Translations under genes and position numbers: made by a program | Assembly: GCA_024137785.1 (NCBI GenBank) | Contig: JAHRHZ010000082.1 | Coordinates: 8,587,727 to 8,651,726 of the forward strand | Direction: 5' to 3' | From: Ginglymostoma cirratum | Taxonomy: Eukaryota | Length of the DNA: 64,000 nucleotides | Shown: positions 1 to 12,805 of the stretch, in pieces | Position numbering within the stretch: position 1 is the first letter of the stretch | How the letters are laid out: each line of letters opens with the position of its first letter | The notes under the pieces: generated by a model | The model's database searches: none | What the model saw: the letters and a program-made list of their open reading frames with translations, nothing else | What the model was told of the DNA's origin: nothing

Positions 1-87
1 TTGCCTTTGAAGCATTTCAGAGTCTTGAGTGCTTGGCCTTTCTAAATGAACAAAGTGAAAATTAGTGGGTTTCATGCATCACAATTA

Positions 88-404
88 ACTCATAACTCAT
101 AATCCCTATGGTGTGGGAACAGGCCCTTCAGCCCAACAAATCCACACTGACCCTCAGAGCATCCCACGCAGACCCATTTCCCCCCTATAACCACACATCC
201 CTGAACACTATGGGCAATTTAGCATGGCCAGTCCACCTACCCTACATATCTTTGGACTGTGGGAGGAACTAGAGCACCCAGAGGAAACCCATACAGACGT
301 GGGGAGAATGTTCAAACTCCACACAGACAGTTGCCCATGGGTGGAATTGAACCTGGGTCCCTGGCACTGTGGGGCAGCAGTGCTAACCACTGTGCCACTA
401 TGCC
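88..404 (-). mobile_element. HE1-like tRNA-derived SINE (V-SINE superfamily), near full length
   Basis: Minus strand begins GGCATAGTGGCACAGTGGTTAGCACTGCTGCCCCACAGTGCCAGGGACCCAGGTTCAATTCC (A/B boxes). Body has CCCACAGTCCAAAGATATGTAGGGTAGGTGGA and ends in a CR1/HER1-type tail. Homologous to 24821-25148 and 45422-45724. Confidence 0.88.
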
Positions 405-1519
405 ACTAAGAATAATTAATTAATATTAGGCTAATATGCCATTGTTTTCAGTCTGTTGAAGATAGCCTATCATCTGAATGCACAGGCTTTGAAATAAAAA
501 TATTTTTAAAAATTGGAAAAATGACTGACTATTTCTGTTATTTTCTTTCCAAAATTCGGCACTGTTTTGCAGTCCTCCTTGGACATGGGGCAATCATGTC
601 TGAAAAGCCAAAAAAGCAGAGAAAATCTACCCTTGGGCATTCTCTACGCAGCTCTGTAACTCAGCTACAAGGAGGTGGAGAAACAAATGCCATACTGTGT
701 TTCAGTGCTATGTGCTGTCATGTTCACCCAATTCGATTAGGTCTGCAATTTTAGCTATGAATAACCTCTTTAGCCTGTTTAGAATATTGAAAAATTGTAG
801 TATCGCATTGCTGTCTGTAACAAATGTAATAATATTTGACAAAATTAAGTCATTCACGGAGCATCAAATAAATAAAACAGTTTTCAATTGTGTTCCTCTA
901 ATTAAATAAACTATTGCGTCCAATCACCTTTCCATAGAAAGAAGGAAAGGTCTTGCATTGTGCTCATAGATTTTCTGAACAGCCACTAACTTTTAGCATT
1001 CAAAGTAAAGCGACATTAAGAAAGTTAGACTATTGCTTTAAAACTATTGGAAGATGCAAACTTTGCTCTAATGTGACTCAAGAAAAAGTTGGTGTATGTT
1101 GGCTGCCGTTTCAGCGGCCCCTTTGTTGTATTTTCTTCCCTTCAAAGATTTATGGGCTAGATCAGGCTTGAGAACAAATGAAGAGTCGTTAGCACAATGT
1201 GTAATGCATACTAATGACAAGATACTGCTTCTGAACCCAGAGACCAAGGTCAGGTCACACAAATCTTCACATTAGATTATGAATTGGAAACTATAATTGT
1301 TCTAATAGTGTTTACTGTAGACTGTGAAGGAGCATTTTACATGAAAATTAGTATCAGGTATCTACTGCTGGAGGTTTGAAGCAATAAAGCAGAAGCCAAC
1401 ACCAGTTATTTTGATTAACTTGTTTTGAAAATCAAGTGAATGAATTTGGTTTTCAGATTTTTTAAATGCACATTTAAAAATGCAGCACTACAAAGCTCTT
1501 GATCTGGTGAGGTGGGGGT

Positions 1520-1642
1520 CACTGGACTTGAAAAGTTAACTCTTTTTTTTTCTGTCTACAGATACTTCCAGACATGCTGAGTTTCTCCAGCAATTTTTGT
1601 ATTTGTTTCAGATCTCCAGCATCCACAGTTCTTTGTTTTATT
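1520..1642 (+). mobile_element. Old Penelope-like terminal-repeat remnant (single arm)
   Basis: ACAGATACTTCCAGACATGCTGAGTTTCTCCAGCA...AGATCTCCAGCATCCACAGT resembles 49680-49820 and the 3' tail of the young fold-back elements (CTCCAGCATCTGCAGT). Confidence 0.5.
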
Positions 1643-1689
1643 ATACTACAAAGATCTCTGTGTCTGTACAGAGTATATAATAATAAGCC

Positions 1690-2075
1690 AAATTGGCACT
1701 CTTGCATCTATGTCAGAGAACTTAGTCCAGGACTACATGTAATCTAGGTTTACAGTTTAATTTCATATTGCAAATATGCTATGCAGTTGGAGGTTTTATC
1801 TGATGTATGTGATGTTAGACAACAGCTCTATCTATCTATTCAGGTGAATGTAAAAGATCTCAGAACCATCACTTTGGGCAGAAGAGGGAAAATTGCTTAT
1901 AATATCCTTGTCTGGCATCTGTCCTTCAACCAACTCAGGTTAACTGGTAATTTATCTCATTGATGTTTGTGGAACATTGCTATGTACAAATTAGCTACTT
2001 TGTGTGACTAAGTTAGAACATTGAACCTAGCTCAGAAGTAATTCATTAGCTGTATGGTATGCTGGGACGATTTAA
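1690..2075 (+). mobile_element. Degenerate SacSINE1/DeuSINE-like SINE
   Basis: Deu-domain-like blocks TCAGGTGAATGTAAAAGATCTC, CTCATTGATGTTTGTGGAACATTGCTATGTACAAATTAGCT and AAGTAATTCATTAGCTGT. Opposite-strand homologue at 23638-24073. Confidence 0.6.
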
Positions 2076-3689
2076 GATTTTTTGGGGGTCTGACTTTAGC
2101 ATTTTCTTCACAATATGTTTGGGCTCCCTGAATATCTGGCACTACAGGACTTCAATGATAAAAGCATAATAAGCAAACACATTAGCTCAATTATTATAGC
2201 CCCTATAGGTAACAGAATCTTAGTAACAGACATTGCTGTAACAGTTGTTTAACACATAGGAATACTGGTTAATTGTCAGACTATTTGAATTATTGACACT
2301 TTTGGCCAAATCCTAGCACACAAGTGGTTAAATCCTAAACTTTGTTTTTCCGTAAATGTTGTTTAACCAAACTTGCACTCATTAGTGTGTTAATGCCATA
2401 CAGGAAGAGTTCTATTAACATGTAAATACTAGTTATATCACATGGTTTAAAGTTTTACTTTGCTAATTGTTTGAAACAGTTGTAATGTGAGCCAGATGAA
2501 CTTCAAAAGATCTTTTTTGTACAAACGCAAGCACTAACCATGCTGTTCTGCCATTTACTGTGTTATCTGTCATTAGTGAGTTCAGTTTTTTTTGAAGACC
2601 CCCTTTTCATGTGGTCTAGTTAACTTGTTGCAACATGCACTTGGCAAGGCAGCTGTTTGGACCAAGGGCCAATACTATAAAATAAACCTAATTATTTTCT
2701 GCCAGAACATGCAACCACCCTGAGTTTAACACAAGATGTGTTCAAATCTGAGATTTCTGCCCTGACGCTGATGTGGATGTGAGGTGTTTTTAATGGGTGT
2801 TTAATTGAATGATACAGGAAACTTGCAAAGGAAACACACAAAAAAATCTGTGACCATGATGGTAAAGTGTAGTAAAACATTGCAGAAGGCTTGAGGTTGG
2901 CGAATCTTAACTCATTGCTTGCCGTTCCATCGCTTGTTGCTTTACTTAAAGTACTAGAGAACACATAAAATTGAATTAGGATTTCCCATGGTTGAACGAG
3001 TGACTAAGTGATGTGGTACTGAGACAAACTGATGTGAAAGATCCTCGATCTGGTTTGATCTCTCATCTGTGGCGAGCTAACTGATTTAAGCAGGCGTGTT
3101 TGTACTTGAGCGAAAATTTGCTTTGGCTGACGTAGGCTCTAAAGGGAAAAAATCGGCAGAGTTCTTGCTGCTGATTGCGGCCCAGCTGGAATGTCAATTT
3201 GCACATTGGTGTTACACAACAGGTCAGCTCATCTGTGGTGTTCTCATGGTCAAATACTCTGAAATAAGTGCAATACAGTTGTTTGCAGAATGGCAATATG
3301 GTTTATATTTAAAAGAATAAAAAAAACAATTATTTTATTGGCTAAACTCTACTCTTTAATGAATCACAGGCACAGGCATAGAGGTTCACACAGGCTTTCC
3401 CAATTGTTCATTTATTAAAGACAAGATGCCACACAGATAAGAAGGCCCGAGGCTGGTTTGTACTGAGTTGGCTTATGTCAGTCAGGACATCGTTACGCTT
3501 CTCCAATTGGCTTCATCCCTTCTAAGTGACAGAGAGAAGAATTCAGCCAGTGGTTGTAATTCCTGATTTATGACCAATAAACCAGGATAGAAAGGCGACT
3601 ATGATGCCTCTCATAATTAACTGACCATGCCAGCCTCAGAATGTGCAAAATTTATGCTTATTTATTTTAAGTGCTGGACAATAAGTGTT

Positions 3690-4345
3690 GTTCCTCTCAT
3701 CTCTTCAGCGGTCCTTGGAATTGAGGCTGGCTTGCTTCTAGTTTTGCGGGTTTTGAGATGGCCGAAATTCCAATACACAACCTGCTGATTCTGCCACATG
3801 CGAGGAAGGTGGTATTTGAAGGGTTGGGTAGAGATGCTGTTTAGAGGTTTGCATGTTACCTCCAACATATTGGTTTCATCTCTGCACATTCCAATATGAG
3901 CCTCATCTATTTTCGTCAGTCATAAGAAATTGACTCCCTTGAGTTGGTGGGGACATTTGACTTCCTCAGGTATGCTTTGAAGATATCCCTAGAGTTATTT
4001 TCTTACTGATCTCCTGGGAATCCCTTGCAATGACTGAGTTGCAAATAGAAAAGTCACTTCACATATTTGGTATTAGGTGTACGAATGACATATCCTCCCA
4101 ACAGAGCTTGTCTTGAATGATTAGCATCTCAATGCTAGAGATTTTGTCTTGGGAGAGGACATTGCTGATGTGTTTGGAGGATCCTGCAAAGACAGCATTG
4201 ATGACATTTCTGCAGTTCTTTGAGGTGCCTCCTGTAGACTGTTCAAATCTCCAAAGCATGTAGGAGTGCGGGGAATCACTGCTGCCCTGTTATCCATAGC
4301 CTTCATCTCAGGTTTGGTCCTCAAATACTCCTTTCCTCAATTATC
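3690..4345 (-). mobile_element. RTE-clade LINE, 3' fragment (degenerate ORF C-terminus)
   Basis: Minus-strand peptides KPEMKAMDNRAAVIP and VLSQDKISSIEMLIIQDKLCW resemble the RTE C-terminus. A decayed CxxC..H finger lies near 3760-3810. Frameshifts and stops present. Confidence 0.75.
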
Positions 4346-4451
4346 CATTGTTGTGCGATACTACAAAGAGTCAAGGAAATCAAGACAAACTGGAAGACGG
4401 CAATGTTTCTTCATAAAGGAATGGAACAAAACAAGTTCTGAGTATGTAAAT

Positions 4452-4658
4452 AACAAGGTGTAGAGCTGGATGAACACAGCAGGTCAAGCAGCATCAGAGG
4501 AGCAGGAAGGCTGACGTTTCAGAAGAAAATTTTCTGAAGAAAGGTCTAGGCCCGAAACGTCAGCCTTCCTGCTCCTCTGATGCTGCTTGGCCTGCTGTGT
4601 TCATCCAGTTCTACACCTTGTTATCTCAGATTCTCCAGCATCTGCAGTTCCTACTATC
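4452..4658 (+). mobile_element. Fold-back Penelope-like insertion, family A (pLTR plus inverted partial pLTR)
   Basis: Inverted arms 4452-4520 and about 4554-4622, then a tail to CTACTATCTC. Perfect 15-bp TSD TCTGAGTATGTAAAT at 4437-4451 and 4659-4673. Hammerhead core at 4534-4561. Confidence 0.88.
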
Positions 4659-5309
4659 TCTGAGTATGTAAATGTCAGCTGGGCTAATTGATTTTGAAAG
4701 TTACAAGCACATTCATTAGCTAATTGATCAGAAGGTTCTTGTGGTTTTCTGCACTCATCACTATTGAGCAAACATTTGCAAGTAAAAGAATGTGAAATTT
4801 GATAGGAATCAGAGCCAGGAGGAGCAAGAGTGTTAAATGTGCTGCTTCAGGTTTACATGATTCAGGTTGACAACTTTTGATAGGATTACTAAACTTGATG
4901 AGTTGGCAGTTCAACTGACCACCAACACACAAGAAAAGGTTTTACTACAAGCTATATGTTTGTGCAATACACTTGCCAAGGCAGAGTTGTGTATCATAAC
5001 CACATTATTGGGAGACATGCTCAAACAACAATGATACCGAGGTTTATCAAGGAGCTAACATCCAGGTCTCAGTAACCTGCAGCAACATGAATTACCTCAT
5101 CTTAACTTTCTGTAACCCTGCAGGGAAAGATTATGCTTTTTCTTCAATGATCAGGCATGCTTTATAACTTGAAACATAATTTGAAAAAGTAGATGACTTC
5201 TACCAACATAGGCAATAGGGACTAATTTGAATAGCCCCAGGAAATGGATGGAGGGACTAAAATACACAATTAACCATGATCCTGCAAGAGAAAGGGAAGC
5301 ATGACATTG

Positions 5310-5705
5310 AGGGTCACTGTTGAATGTTTGGCTAATGTGGTCTTATAATTTAGGAGAATGGTTCCAGGGATGAGAATTTGAATTATATGACTAGATTGAA
5401 AAATCTTGGATTGTTCCGCTCAGAGAAGAGAGGTTTAAGAGAGGTTTTCAAAATGTGAGGGGTCAAGACAGTAGATGAACCAAATCTTCCCATTGATGGT
5501 AGGGATGAGATCAAGGGACACAGATTTAAAACACAAGAATCAAAGTCGACTTGAGGAAAATCTTCTTTATGCACTGACTGATTATGATCTAGAATTCAAT
5601 GTCCAAAAGGGCATTCGTGGAGAATTGGAGAACTCTCTGAAGAGAAAAGGTTGATAGGGCCATGCTGAAAACACACGAGAATGGAACAAGCTGAGTTGCT
5701 CTTTC
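5310..5705 (+). mobile_element. Degenerate CR1 LINE 3' fragment
   Basis: AGAATGGTTCCAGGGATGAG...TTATATGACTAGATTGAAAAATCTTGGATTGTTCCGCTCAGAGAAGAGAGGTTTAAGAG resembles the RMIPGM..YEERL..LGLFSLEKRRLRG motif. Confidence 0.7.
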
Positions 5706-5724
5706 AAACACAGACACCGTAGAG

Positions 5725-5827
5725 CAACAACAGAAAGTGCTGGAGAACCTCTGCTGGTTGGGCAGCATCTGTGGAAAGAGAAACAGAGTTAACCTTGAGA
5801 AATCAGTATGACTCTTCTTCAGAACTC
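5725..5827 (-). mobile_element. Old Penelope-like terminal-repeat remnant
   Basis: GGCAGCATCTGTGGAAAGAGAAACAGAGTTAAC...TATGACTCTTCTTCAGAAC is the reverse-complement homologue of 49680-49790 and contains CTGAAGAAGAGTCATA on the minus strand. Confidence 0.55.
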
Positions 5828-7130
5828 AGCATCCTTCCATGTTGTAACCATTGTTACAATCAGACGACAAGAGATAAGGCAAGTCTGCTCTGTCGGACAT
5901 CACAATTATTTCTATTTCTTTTTTAGTATGCAGCTACACTTCAAGTAAAACATTGGACAATGTTTTTCATGTTCTCAGTTTTTAAAATATACATGTCCAG
6001 TTTCAAGCCCATCCATAGCTCAGAGTGGATAGATACTAAGACTTAGCTCGATGCACGTGAGAACTTCAACACAAGATCTACAGACAGAAGATCAGCTCTC
6101 TTGACTATTCCCCTTAGAAACTTCACGGAACAAGACTTTTTTTTCAGTAGGGCTTGTTGGCACCTCCATCTGTCTTTCCACCACCACCACTACCCACGCT
6201 CCATCCTCCCCCCAGCATCTGCCTCTCACCAATTGTGATTATTGCTACCATGGGGGTGTGAAAGATACAATATTTGTGTTGGATGAGGGAAGGGTGTGAT
6301 TGGGAAATAGACTGAGTGAGAGTGTTGGTTGTTCCTTTGTCACCATTCATCTGTTCTGCTCCCCTCAGGTCCTGGATCTTTGATGTGTTGCCTCAAAATT
6401 AGAGAGACCACATTTCTGTTCCTCACTTCCTTCCTTGTCCACTTTTATCCCTACCTGCTTGATTGGAAATATTGTCTTTTTCCTTCTGTCCTTGGGAAGT
6501 TCACCTCTCTGCAGATTTTCAGATCCCATCCCAGTGAGAATGAGAGACTCAGGGAGAAATCTTCTCTCCATTTTTGTGCTTGCAGCACTTATAAATGCTG
6601 GTGAGCTGCTGGAATCCATGTCATGATATCTTTAATTGGCATTCCTTTGACAGAATGGATATGTCACACACCCTCCTGGAATGGGATGGTAATACCAATG
6701 CTTGAAGAACAAGGCTCAAGACTGACCACTCCTTCATCAATCATCATTCAGGTACCAAGCCTGCAAGTGTTCCCAATGTCCCAGCAAGGATAAAATGCAG
6801 AATACTTCACCCTTAATTTGGAAACAGACCACAATGTTTGTTGGATACAATTGAATAGTATTCTCACTACACTAGGCAAAGTGAGGAAGTAAATAATGAT
6901 AAAATAATTTTAAAACATACATCAAAATATTATCTGTATTGGAACTGAACTATCATAATCTTTTAAGTCCAGTATTTTTTTGAAGATCTTAAACTACTGC
7001 AATGTTGATATGTAATGACATTAGTCCATCAGTGTATCAGAACCATATAGGACAGACTGATGATCTACTGAGTCTTTCTTCAATAAGCTTTTTCTTAATT
7101 TTATATATGATACGTATTTTTCTCTCAATA

Positions 7131-7582
7131 TTCTTTCTTGGGATGTAGGCAACACTAGCATTACTGGCATTTATTGTCTATCCCTGGTTGCCCTTATAGA
7201 GCAGCTGAGAGTCAACCACATTGCTAGGAGCCTGAAGTTACATGTAGGTCAGACCAAGTAAGGCTGCTAGATTCTCTCGCTTAAAAGGGCATTAGTGAAC
7301 AAGATGGATTTTTACAAACACCCAGAGGGAAAAGCCTGAATTACTTAGAAATGAACAATCTGAACATTGGAGCTCCACTTTGAGGCACTGGAGACCTGTC
7401 AGACCAGCATGTGTCATTCAGTTGTTTTACTGATTTTTTTCTTCAGGGCATCAATGATAATTTTATGGTTACCTTTATATTACAGAATTAGTAGCTGAAT
7501 TTAAATTCATGTCTTGTCCACAGAGAATCAGCCTGGGCTTCTAGGATGAAAAATGACAGGCTCACTACATCATCATCTCCTC
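7131..7582 (-). mobile_element. Unnamed tRNA-derived SINE (family Z) sharing its 3' tail with the Zenon-like LINE; interrupted about 7321-7450
   Basis: Core GAGAGTCAACCACATTGCTAGGAGCCTGAAGTTACATGTAGGTCAGACCAAGTAAGG...CATTAGTGAAC is also found at 57298-57765, 31612-31792 and, on the plus strand, 8169-8415. Confidence 0.7.
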
Positions 7583-7647
7583 AAAAACAGTCACCCTATC
7601 TCTAGAATTAATGTCAATTAAGATGTCAGTCACCTGGATAATGTGGG

Positions 7648-7860
7648 GATAGCAAGAACTGCAGATGCTGCAGTCAGAGATAACACAGCACGGAGCTGGA
7701 AGAACACAGCAGGCCAGGCAGCATCAGAGGAGCAGGAAAGTTGACATTTCAGGTCAGGACCCTTCTTCTGAAGAAGGATCCTGACCCAAAACGTCAACTT
7801 TCCTGCTTCTCTGACGCTGACTAGCCTGCTGTGTTCTTCCAGCCCCTTAGTGTGTTATAT
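7648..7860 (-). mobile_element. Fold-back Penelope-like insertion, family A
   Basis: Inverted arms centred on CCTTCTTCTGAAGAAGG (about 7761-7777). TSD CTGGATAATGTGGG 7634-7647 / CTGGATAATATGGG 7861-7874. Confidence 0.88.
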
Positions 7861-8168
7861 CTGGATAATATGGGTTTGTTTATCAACAAAGATGTGTACA
7901 AATTTTGAAACATTCTCAAAATTTTAATATTTGGAAGAAGCAAAGGTAGTATTAATCATAAAAGTAAATTTCCATTGAATAAATGTGTGAATACATCCAT
8001 CAAAATGCACTCATTTCTTTTCAAAATGATTTGTTTCGCATCAATAGGATTGTTGGCTTTTCATCACTAAAGTCATATTAGCAGACAAACATTTTTTCAC
8101 CGCTGGTAAAAGAGTTGCAATCATGGTAATTTTTCTGTGACAGTGACATAATTTATGTTAAAATATTT

Positions 8169-8415
8169 GCACAGTAGTTTTCATACTGGGCTAGCGACCT
8201 AGAGTTCATGAGGCTAAATCCCACCATGGCAACTGAAATTCAATTCGGTAAATCTAGCAAATTGTGAGCTGGCACCAGAAACAATGATCATGAAAGCGGC
8301 TGGATTGTCATAAAAACCGAATTGCTTCCCTAATATTTTTCTGGGAATGGAACTCACCAGGCTAACCCAGTTTGACCTCCATGTAAATCCAGCCCCATAT
8401 ACTGTGGCTGCTGAA
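8169..8415 (+). mobile_element. Family Z SINE, degenerate
   Basis: tRNA-like head ...AAATCCCACCATGGCAACTGAAATTCAATT and core CTGGATTGTCATAAAAACC...CTAATATTTTTCTGGGAATGGAA. Confidence 0.6.
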
Positions 8416-9770
8416 TAACATCATAGAACAAATTTGTTGCATTGTGTCTTGAATGAAAGAAATATATTATTCCACAAATGGTCAAATTACCCTTCACGGT
8501 GCTATTATGAGGCATGTGACCTGTTAAATTTGCCTTGAAAAAATGGCAATGATCCTTTTTAGTAATGTATTAAAAATGTAAATAAACAGAATTAAAAAGG
8601 AGCAATGATTCTTCTTTTGACAGGTCCATCAATTGTTTCTTTAAGAATAGCTGCCTGGGCCAAAGGAGAAAATGGCAAAATACCATTGGCTCATTCTCAA
8701 CGCGATTCTTCTTTCCCAAGGTCTGACCTCAGATCACTTTGTATAGTTACAACACAGAGAATTGAGGACTCAAGGTTTGAAATTATTTTAATACTCGGAA
8801 GAGACAGTTAGTTTTAATCGTAAAAAAAACCCATTGTTTCTCAATGCAGTATTGCCGTGAATTGATTTCTCACTCTCAACCAAGTATTTTCAGTGGAATT
8901 TCTTGAGCAGATTTTAAGTGACCTTGTGAATATTTGCATTGTTGTTAACAGTAGGCTTACCACAGTGCCAATGGGTACGTGGCCTTTGCTTACATGCCAC
9001 TTTTCTCTCTGTGCTCATATTGTCTAATTTTACTGTGGCTGTTTCATACAAATTTAAGGAGAACTGGAATTGCTGTCCACTCATAGTTTTCCACATTAGG
9101 TCATAGAGCAGTGTTAAATGTACTTCAAGTTGGCATTAGCATTGTTCCAAATATTTCAGGGCTTTTTTTTAAAGTTTTTAAAAAAGTCATTGGAAATAAC
9201 TTGAGACCCCTTCGTGGGCCAGTATATCAACCTATTCCAATTGATTTGCCAGAAAACGGAGGTAAAATTTTATTTCATAAAAAAAACTGACCCAAATTTT
9301 CTAGCCTGAACTACACTGGACTGGAGCATGGTAAATTTAAACGTGAAAAGAATTGGTCATGCCATTTAATGAACAAACGCCCTTAATATAGCATCGGTAT
9401 TGCTTTTCTTAAAATTGAGCCCTTGAGTTAGTGGTATTATTGAGCTCACCTTAGTGTTCAAAACGTGTGAAATAGCAACAGGAAATATAAGTGTATGTGC
9501 ATGTGAAGTGAATTATGAATCCATGTCAAGAATGCAGCAGAACATGCCACCAGAATGAAAGAAATCTGACAGAATTCAATGGAATGTTGATATTTTTTCA
9601 ATTTATTTGTTGTGGGAACCCTCCTATATTGCTAAAACTGAAACTGCATTTGAGAAATTCTCAACTTCATACACATTTATAATGATAAAGTATATAATAA
9701 ATTTGACCTTTTAACTCATGAGGATTGCCAAAGGAGCTGGATTTTCAGGACACTGAAATAAAATGTGAAG

Positions 9771-10697
9771 GTAAGACCATAAGTCAGCCATTCAGTCCAT
9801 CAAAGTCTCACCATTCACTGAGACCATGGCTGATCTGATAATGCTCAGCTCCACTTTCCTGCCTTGCCCCATAACCCTTGATTTCCTCACTGATTAAAGA
9901 TCTCAGACTTCGATAAACTTAATGACCCAACCTGCAAAGCCCTCTGCAGGAAAGAATTTCACAGATTCATTACACTCTGAGAAGAATTCATTCTAAGCTC
10001 TGTTTTAAATGGGAAACCCCTTACTTTGAGATTAAGTCTTCTGGTCCAAGTCTCTCCCACTAGGCAAAACAACCTCACTGCATCTACCATGTCAAGTGCC
10101 CTCAGAATTTTATATTCTTCAATAAGGCCCACTCTTCTCTTAAACTCCAGTGAGTACAGGCCCAAGATACTCAACCTCACCTTGCAGGAAAATCCCTCCA
10201 TTCTCGGGATCAACCTCGTGAACCTTCTCTATACTGCCTCGAATACCAATATATCTTTTCTTTGATAAGGGGACCAAGACAGTTCACAGTATTCCAGATG
10301 TGGTCAGACTAGAGCATTGTATAGTATTAGCAAGACCTCCCTATTTCTACACTGCATTCTTTTTGATATAAAGGGAAACAGTTCATTTGCCTTTCCTATT
10401 ACCAGTGAACTTCCATGCTAGCTTTATTTGTGATTAATAATGAGGACTCTCAACCTCACTGTGCTGCAGCTTTCTATAGTTTTCGCCATTTAAATAATAT
10501 TCAGCTCCTCTATTCTTCCTGCCAAAGTGCATGATCTTACATCATCCCACATTATAATCCAACTGCCAAGTTTGTGCCCATTCACTTAACCATTCTATGT
10601 CCCATAGCAGACTTTTTGTGTCATCCTCATCACTTGCTTTCCCATTCTTTTTGTCATCTGCAAACTTGGCAATAGTAGATTCATTTTCATCATCCAA
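9771..10697 (-). mobile_element. CR1 (HER1-like) LINE, 5'-truncated, about 0.9 kb
   Basis: ORF 9959-10213 (MIPRMEGFSCKVRLSILGLYSLEFKRR) is a CR1 ORF2 C-terminus. The FADD motif appears as TTTGTCATCTGCAAACTT near 10650-10667. CTTATGGTCTTA-type tail. Confidence 0.88.
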
Positions 10698-10872
10698 AGC
10701 AGGCAGCATCTGCAGACACATGAATTAATATTCTGCCTGTTGACCCTTCATCAATAATGAAAGAAAGACATGCAGACCTGCATATTAATATAACCAAAAC
10801 AAGAGGAGGGGAACATATCTCGAAAAGAAAACTCCAAAAACCCCAAATTATCTGACTGTATTAATTCGCCTA

Positions 10873-11982
10873 TGTTACAACACAGGGTTAGCAAGTCAGA
10901 CCAAATCAGACTCCTTACCACGGATATCACGACACAGTGGTATTAAAATATTCAATTGCCCTCAAAATTTACCAAGTTGTTCCTAGCTGGACTTTCTGAA
11001 TAGCATATAGTAGGCACCAAATTTATAATTTAAGCAGCTATTCACAATTTATTCTTAATACTGTAACTTTAGCAGGGCAAAGTTAAACAACAAGGTCATT
11101 TAATCAATGTCTACAATTTAAACTCAATCTTCTTTGATTGTAACTCCACTCACACACACGGACAAACAGACAGGCACAGTTAAGAGATAAAAGAAAAATT
11201 AGAGTTGTAACTGGCCAGTTCATTTAGGCAGTTTTGAATGATGATTGCTAAACCTTCACGCAATCCTTGGATAATGAATTGTTCATAGTCATGTGGGGCT
11301 GTACATCTGGCTGGAATTCCAAGCTCACTGGCCAATGTCAACAGCTTCCACAAATCACTGGAGATTTTTGCTTATGTCTTATAAACTGGGATTCTTTTCT
11401 CAGACCTTTACATAACTCGATAATTGGATATAAACTAGACAGCAACCAAAACTCCATCCAGCAACTTTCATAGCCACACTGCCCCCTGCACAAAACCTAA
11501 TCCAAACCATGATGTGGATGTCCCAGTGTTGGACTGGAGTGGATAAGATCAGAAGTCACACAACACCAGTCACAAAGTGGCTGCACTCCAAAAGCTTGTG
11601 ATTTCAAATAAAACTGTTGAATTATAGCCTGGTGTCATGTGACTTCTGATGTAGTCCAAACAAGTTCAATCTTTGGTTTCACTTTCTTTCTTTTTCAATA
11701 TTTGTTTGATTCGTCAGCACCAACCTGTCTCCGATTGCCTTTTAATATCGAAGCAGCTGCCAGTCCTTGGGCATAATACATCACAGGTGCTGAAACATCT
11801 GCAGCATTCTTAGAACAGCAACATGTCATTAACTTTCCAGGCCAGCTCCCATAAACAATTGACAGTTTGTTATTTTCCTTTTTAAGAAAAAACAAGCTGC
11901 TGCTCAAAGTTCAAAGTTCAATTCCTAACTTCAGCTCACAATTCCAAACCAAATAGGAGAAAAATAAAGAAAAACAGTGACG
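10873..11982. mobile_element. Candidate long solo LTR of unknown family
   Basis: Imperfect inverted termini TGTTAC...GTGACG. About 0.95 kb after removing the nested 11508-11651 insert. Loosely resembles 61908-62885. No TSD seen. Confidence 0.3.
11508..11651 (-). mobile_element. Fold-back Penelope-like insertion, family B (internally deleted)
   Basis: Inverted repeat ATCAGAAGTCACACAACACCAG 11548-11569 / CTGGTGTCATGTGACTTCTGAT 11629-11650, with a 40-nt overhang. TSD TAATCCAAAC 11498-11507 / TAGTCCAAAC 11652-11661. Decayed ...CTCCAAAAGCTT core and AATAAA. Confidence 0.65.
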
Positions 11983-11987
11983 AACAC

Positions 11988-12216
11988 TGAAATAACTCTA
12001 CTGAGGCCGGTATCCCTTCACCAAGTCACCCTTTACTTACAGATGCATAGTTCTGGTCCAGCTTCCTCAGAGCCAGCTCTCACAGTGATCAGAACCTATG
12101 ACACTACTGTTTATATCCGTCAGGCAGGGATCCCTGATTAGACCAGGTTAACAGCCCCAATCAGGGAACTCATACTTTATGAGGTCCAGTTGGCTGACGT
12201 TGTTACAATCACAACA
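11988..12216 (-). mobile_element. LTR related to the Gypsy 5' LTR at 16516-16747
   Basis: TG...CA termini. Aligns end to end with 16516-16747 (TGAAATAA, GTCACCCTTT, TAACAGCCCCAAT, GAACTCATA, GTTACA..CAC.ACA), roughly 70-75% identity by eye. Confidence 0.8.
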
Positions 12217-12805
12217 GATATAACCTATATGCCTCTCAATCTTCAGTTTTACAGGAAGGTACACACTCAAAACATTAACTTACTTATTTCTCTCCACAGA
12301 TGCTGGATGTCTGACTGAACGTCTTCAGCATTTTCCATTTTTTCTTTTCATTTATTTTCTTTTTGTTTCAGTTTCTTTTATCTGATTAATATGGTCTCTT
12401 AAGTATAATCTTATACAGCATGTTGATAACACCTGACATTCTAATAGCTTCATGTTGTCTGCTAAGATAATTTCTAAAATGTCTTGAAGTGAGAAAATTC
12501 CGAAAAAGATGTATAATTCTTTGTTGACTGAAGCACGACGTACATACTCTGGATTATCAGATCAGCTATGATCTAACTGAAATGTGGAGTTGACTCAATG
12601 GGCCAAAAGGCTTTCTGCTACTCAAAGTTTTATGGTCTATAATTATTAAAACCATTCCACAACCAGGCTGCAGATTGGATACATCCATTGTTCTTCGTGG
12701 AGAGGGGGTAATTTTAGTAAGTGGTATTTATTTTGAATGGTGCATTATAACACTGATTCCTTCACTGTAGGTATTCTGGAAAAATGCAAATAAGTTGATG
12801 AACAA

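Noticed and set aside
521-754. Possible exon (MSEKPKKQRKS...)
   Set aside because: No recognisable homology or convincing splice donor; the length is within chance expectation.
4452-4658. Reading the fold-back units as MITEs or pre-miRNA genes
   Set aside because: Arms are unequal, TSDs vary from 10 to 17 bp, single-arm copies exist, and longer copies continue into a GIY-YIG ORF. All of this indicates PLE retro-insertions.
8605-8720. Possible internal exon after TTCTTCTTTTGACAG
   Set aside because: The acceptor-like site is present, but the donor is weak, the peptide is unrecognisable and there are no partner exons.
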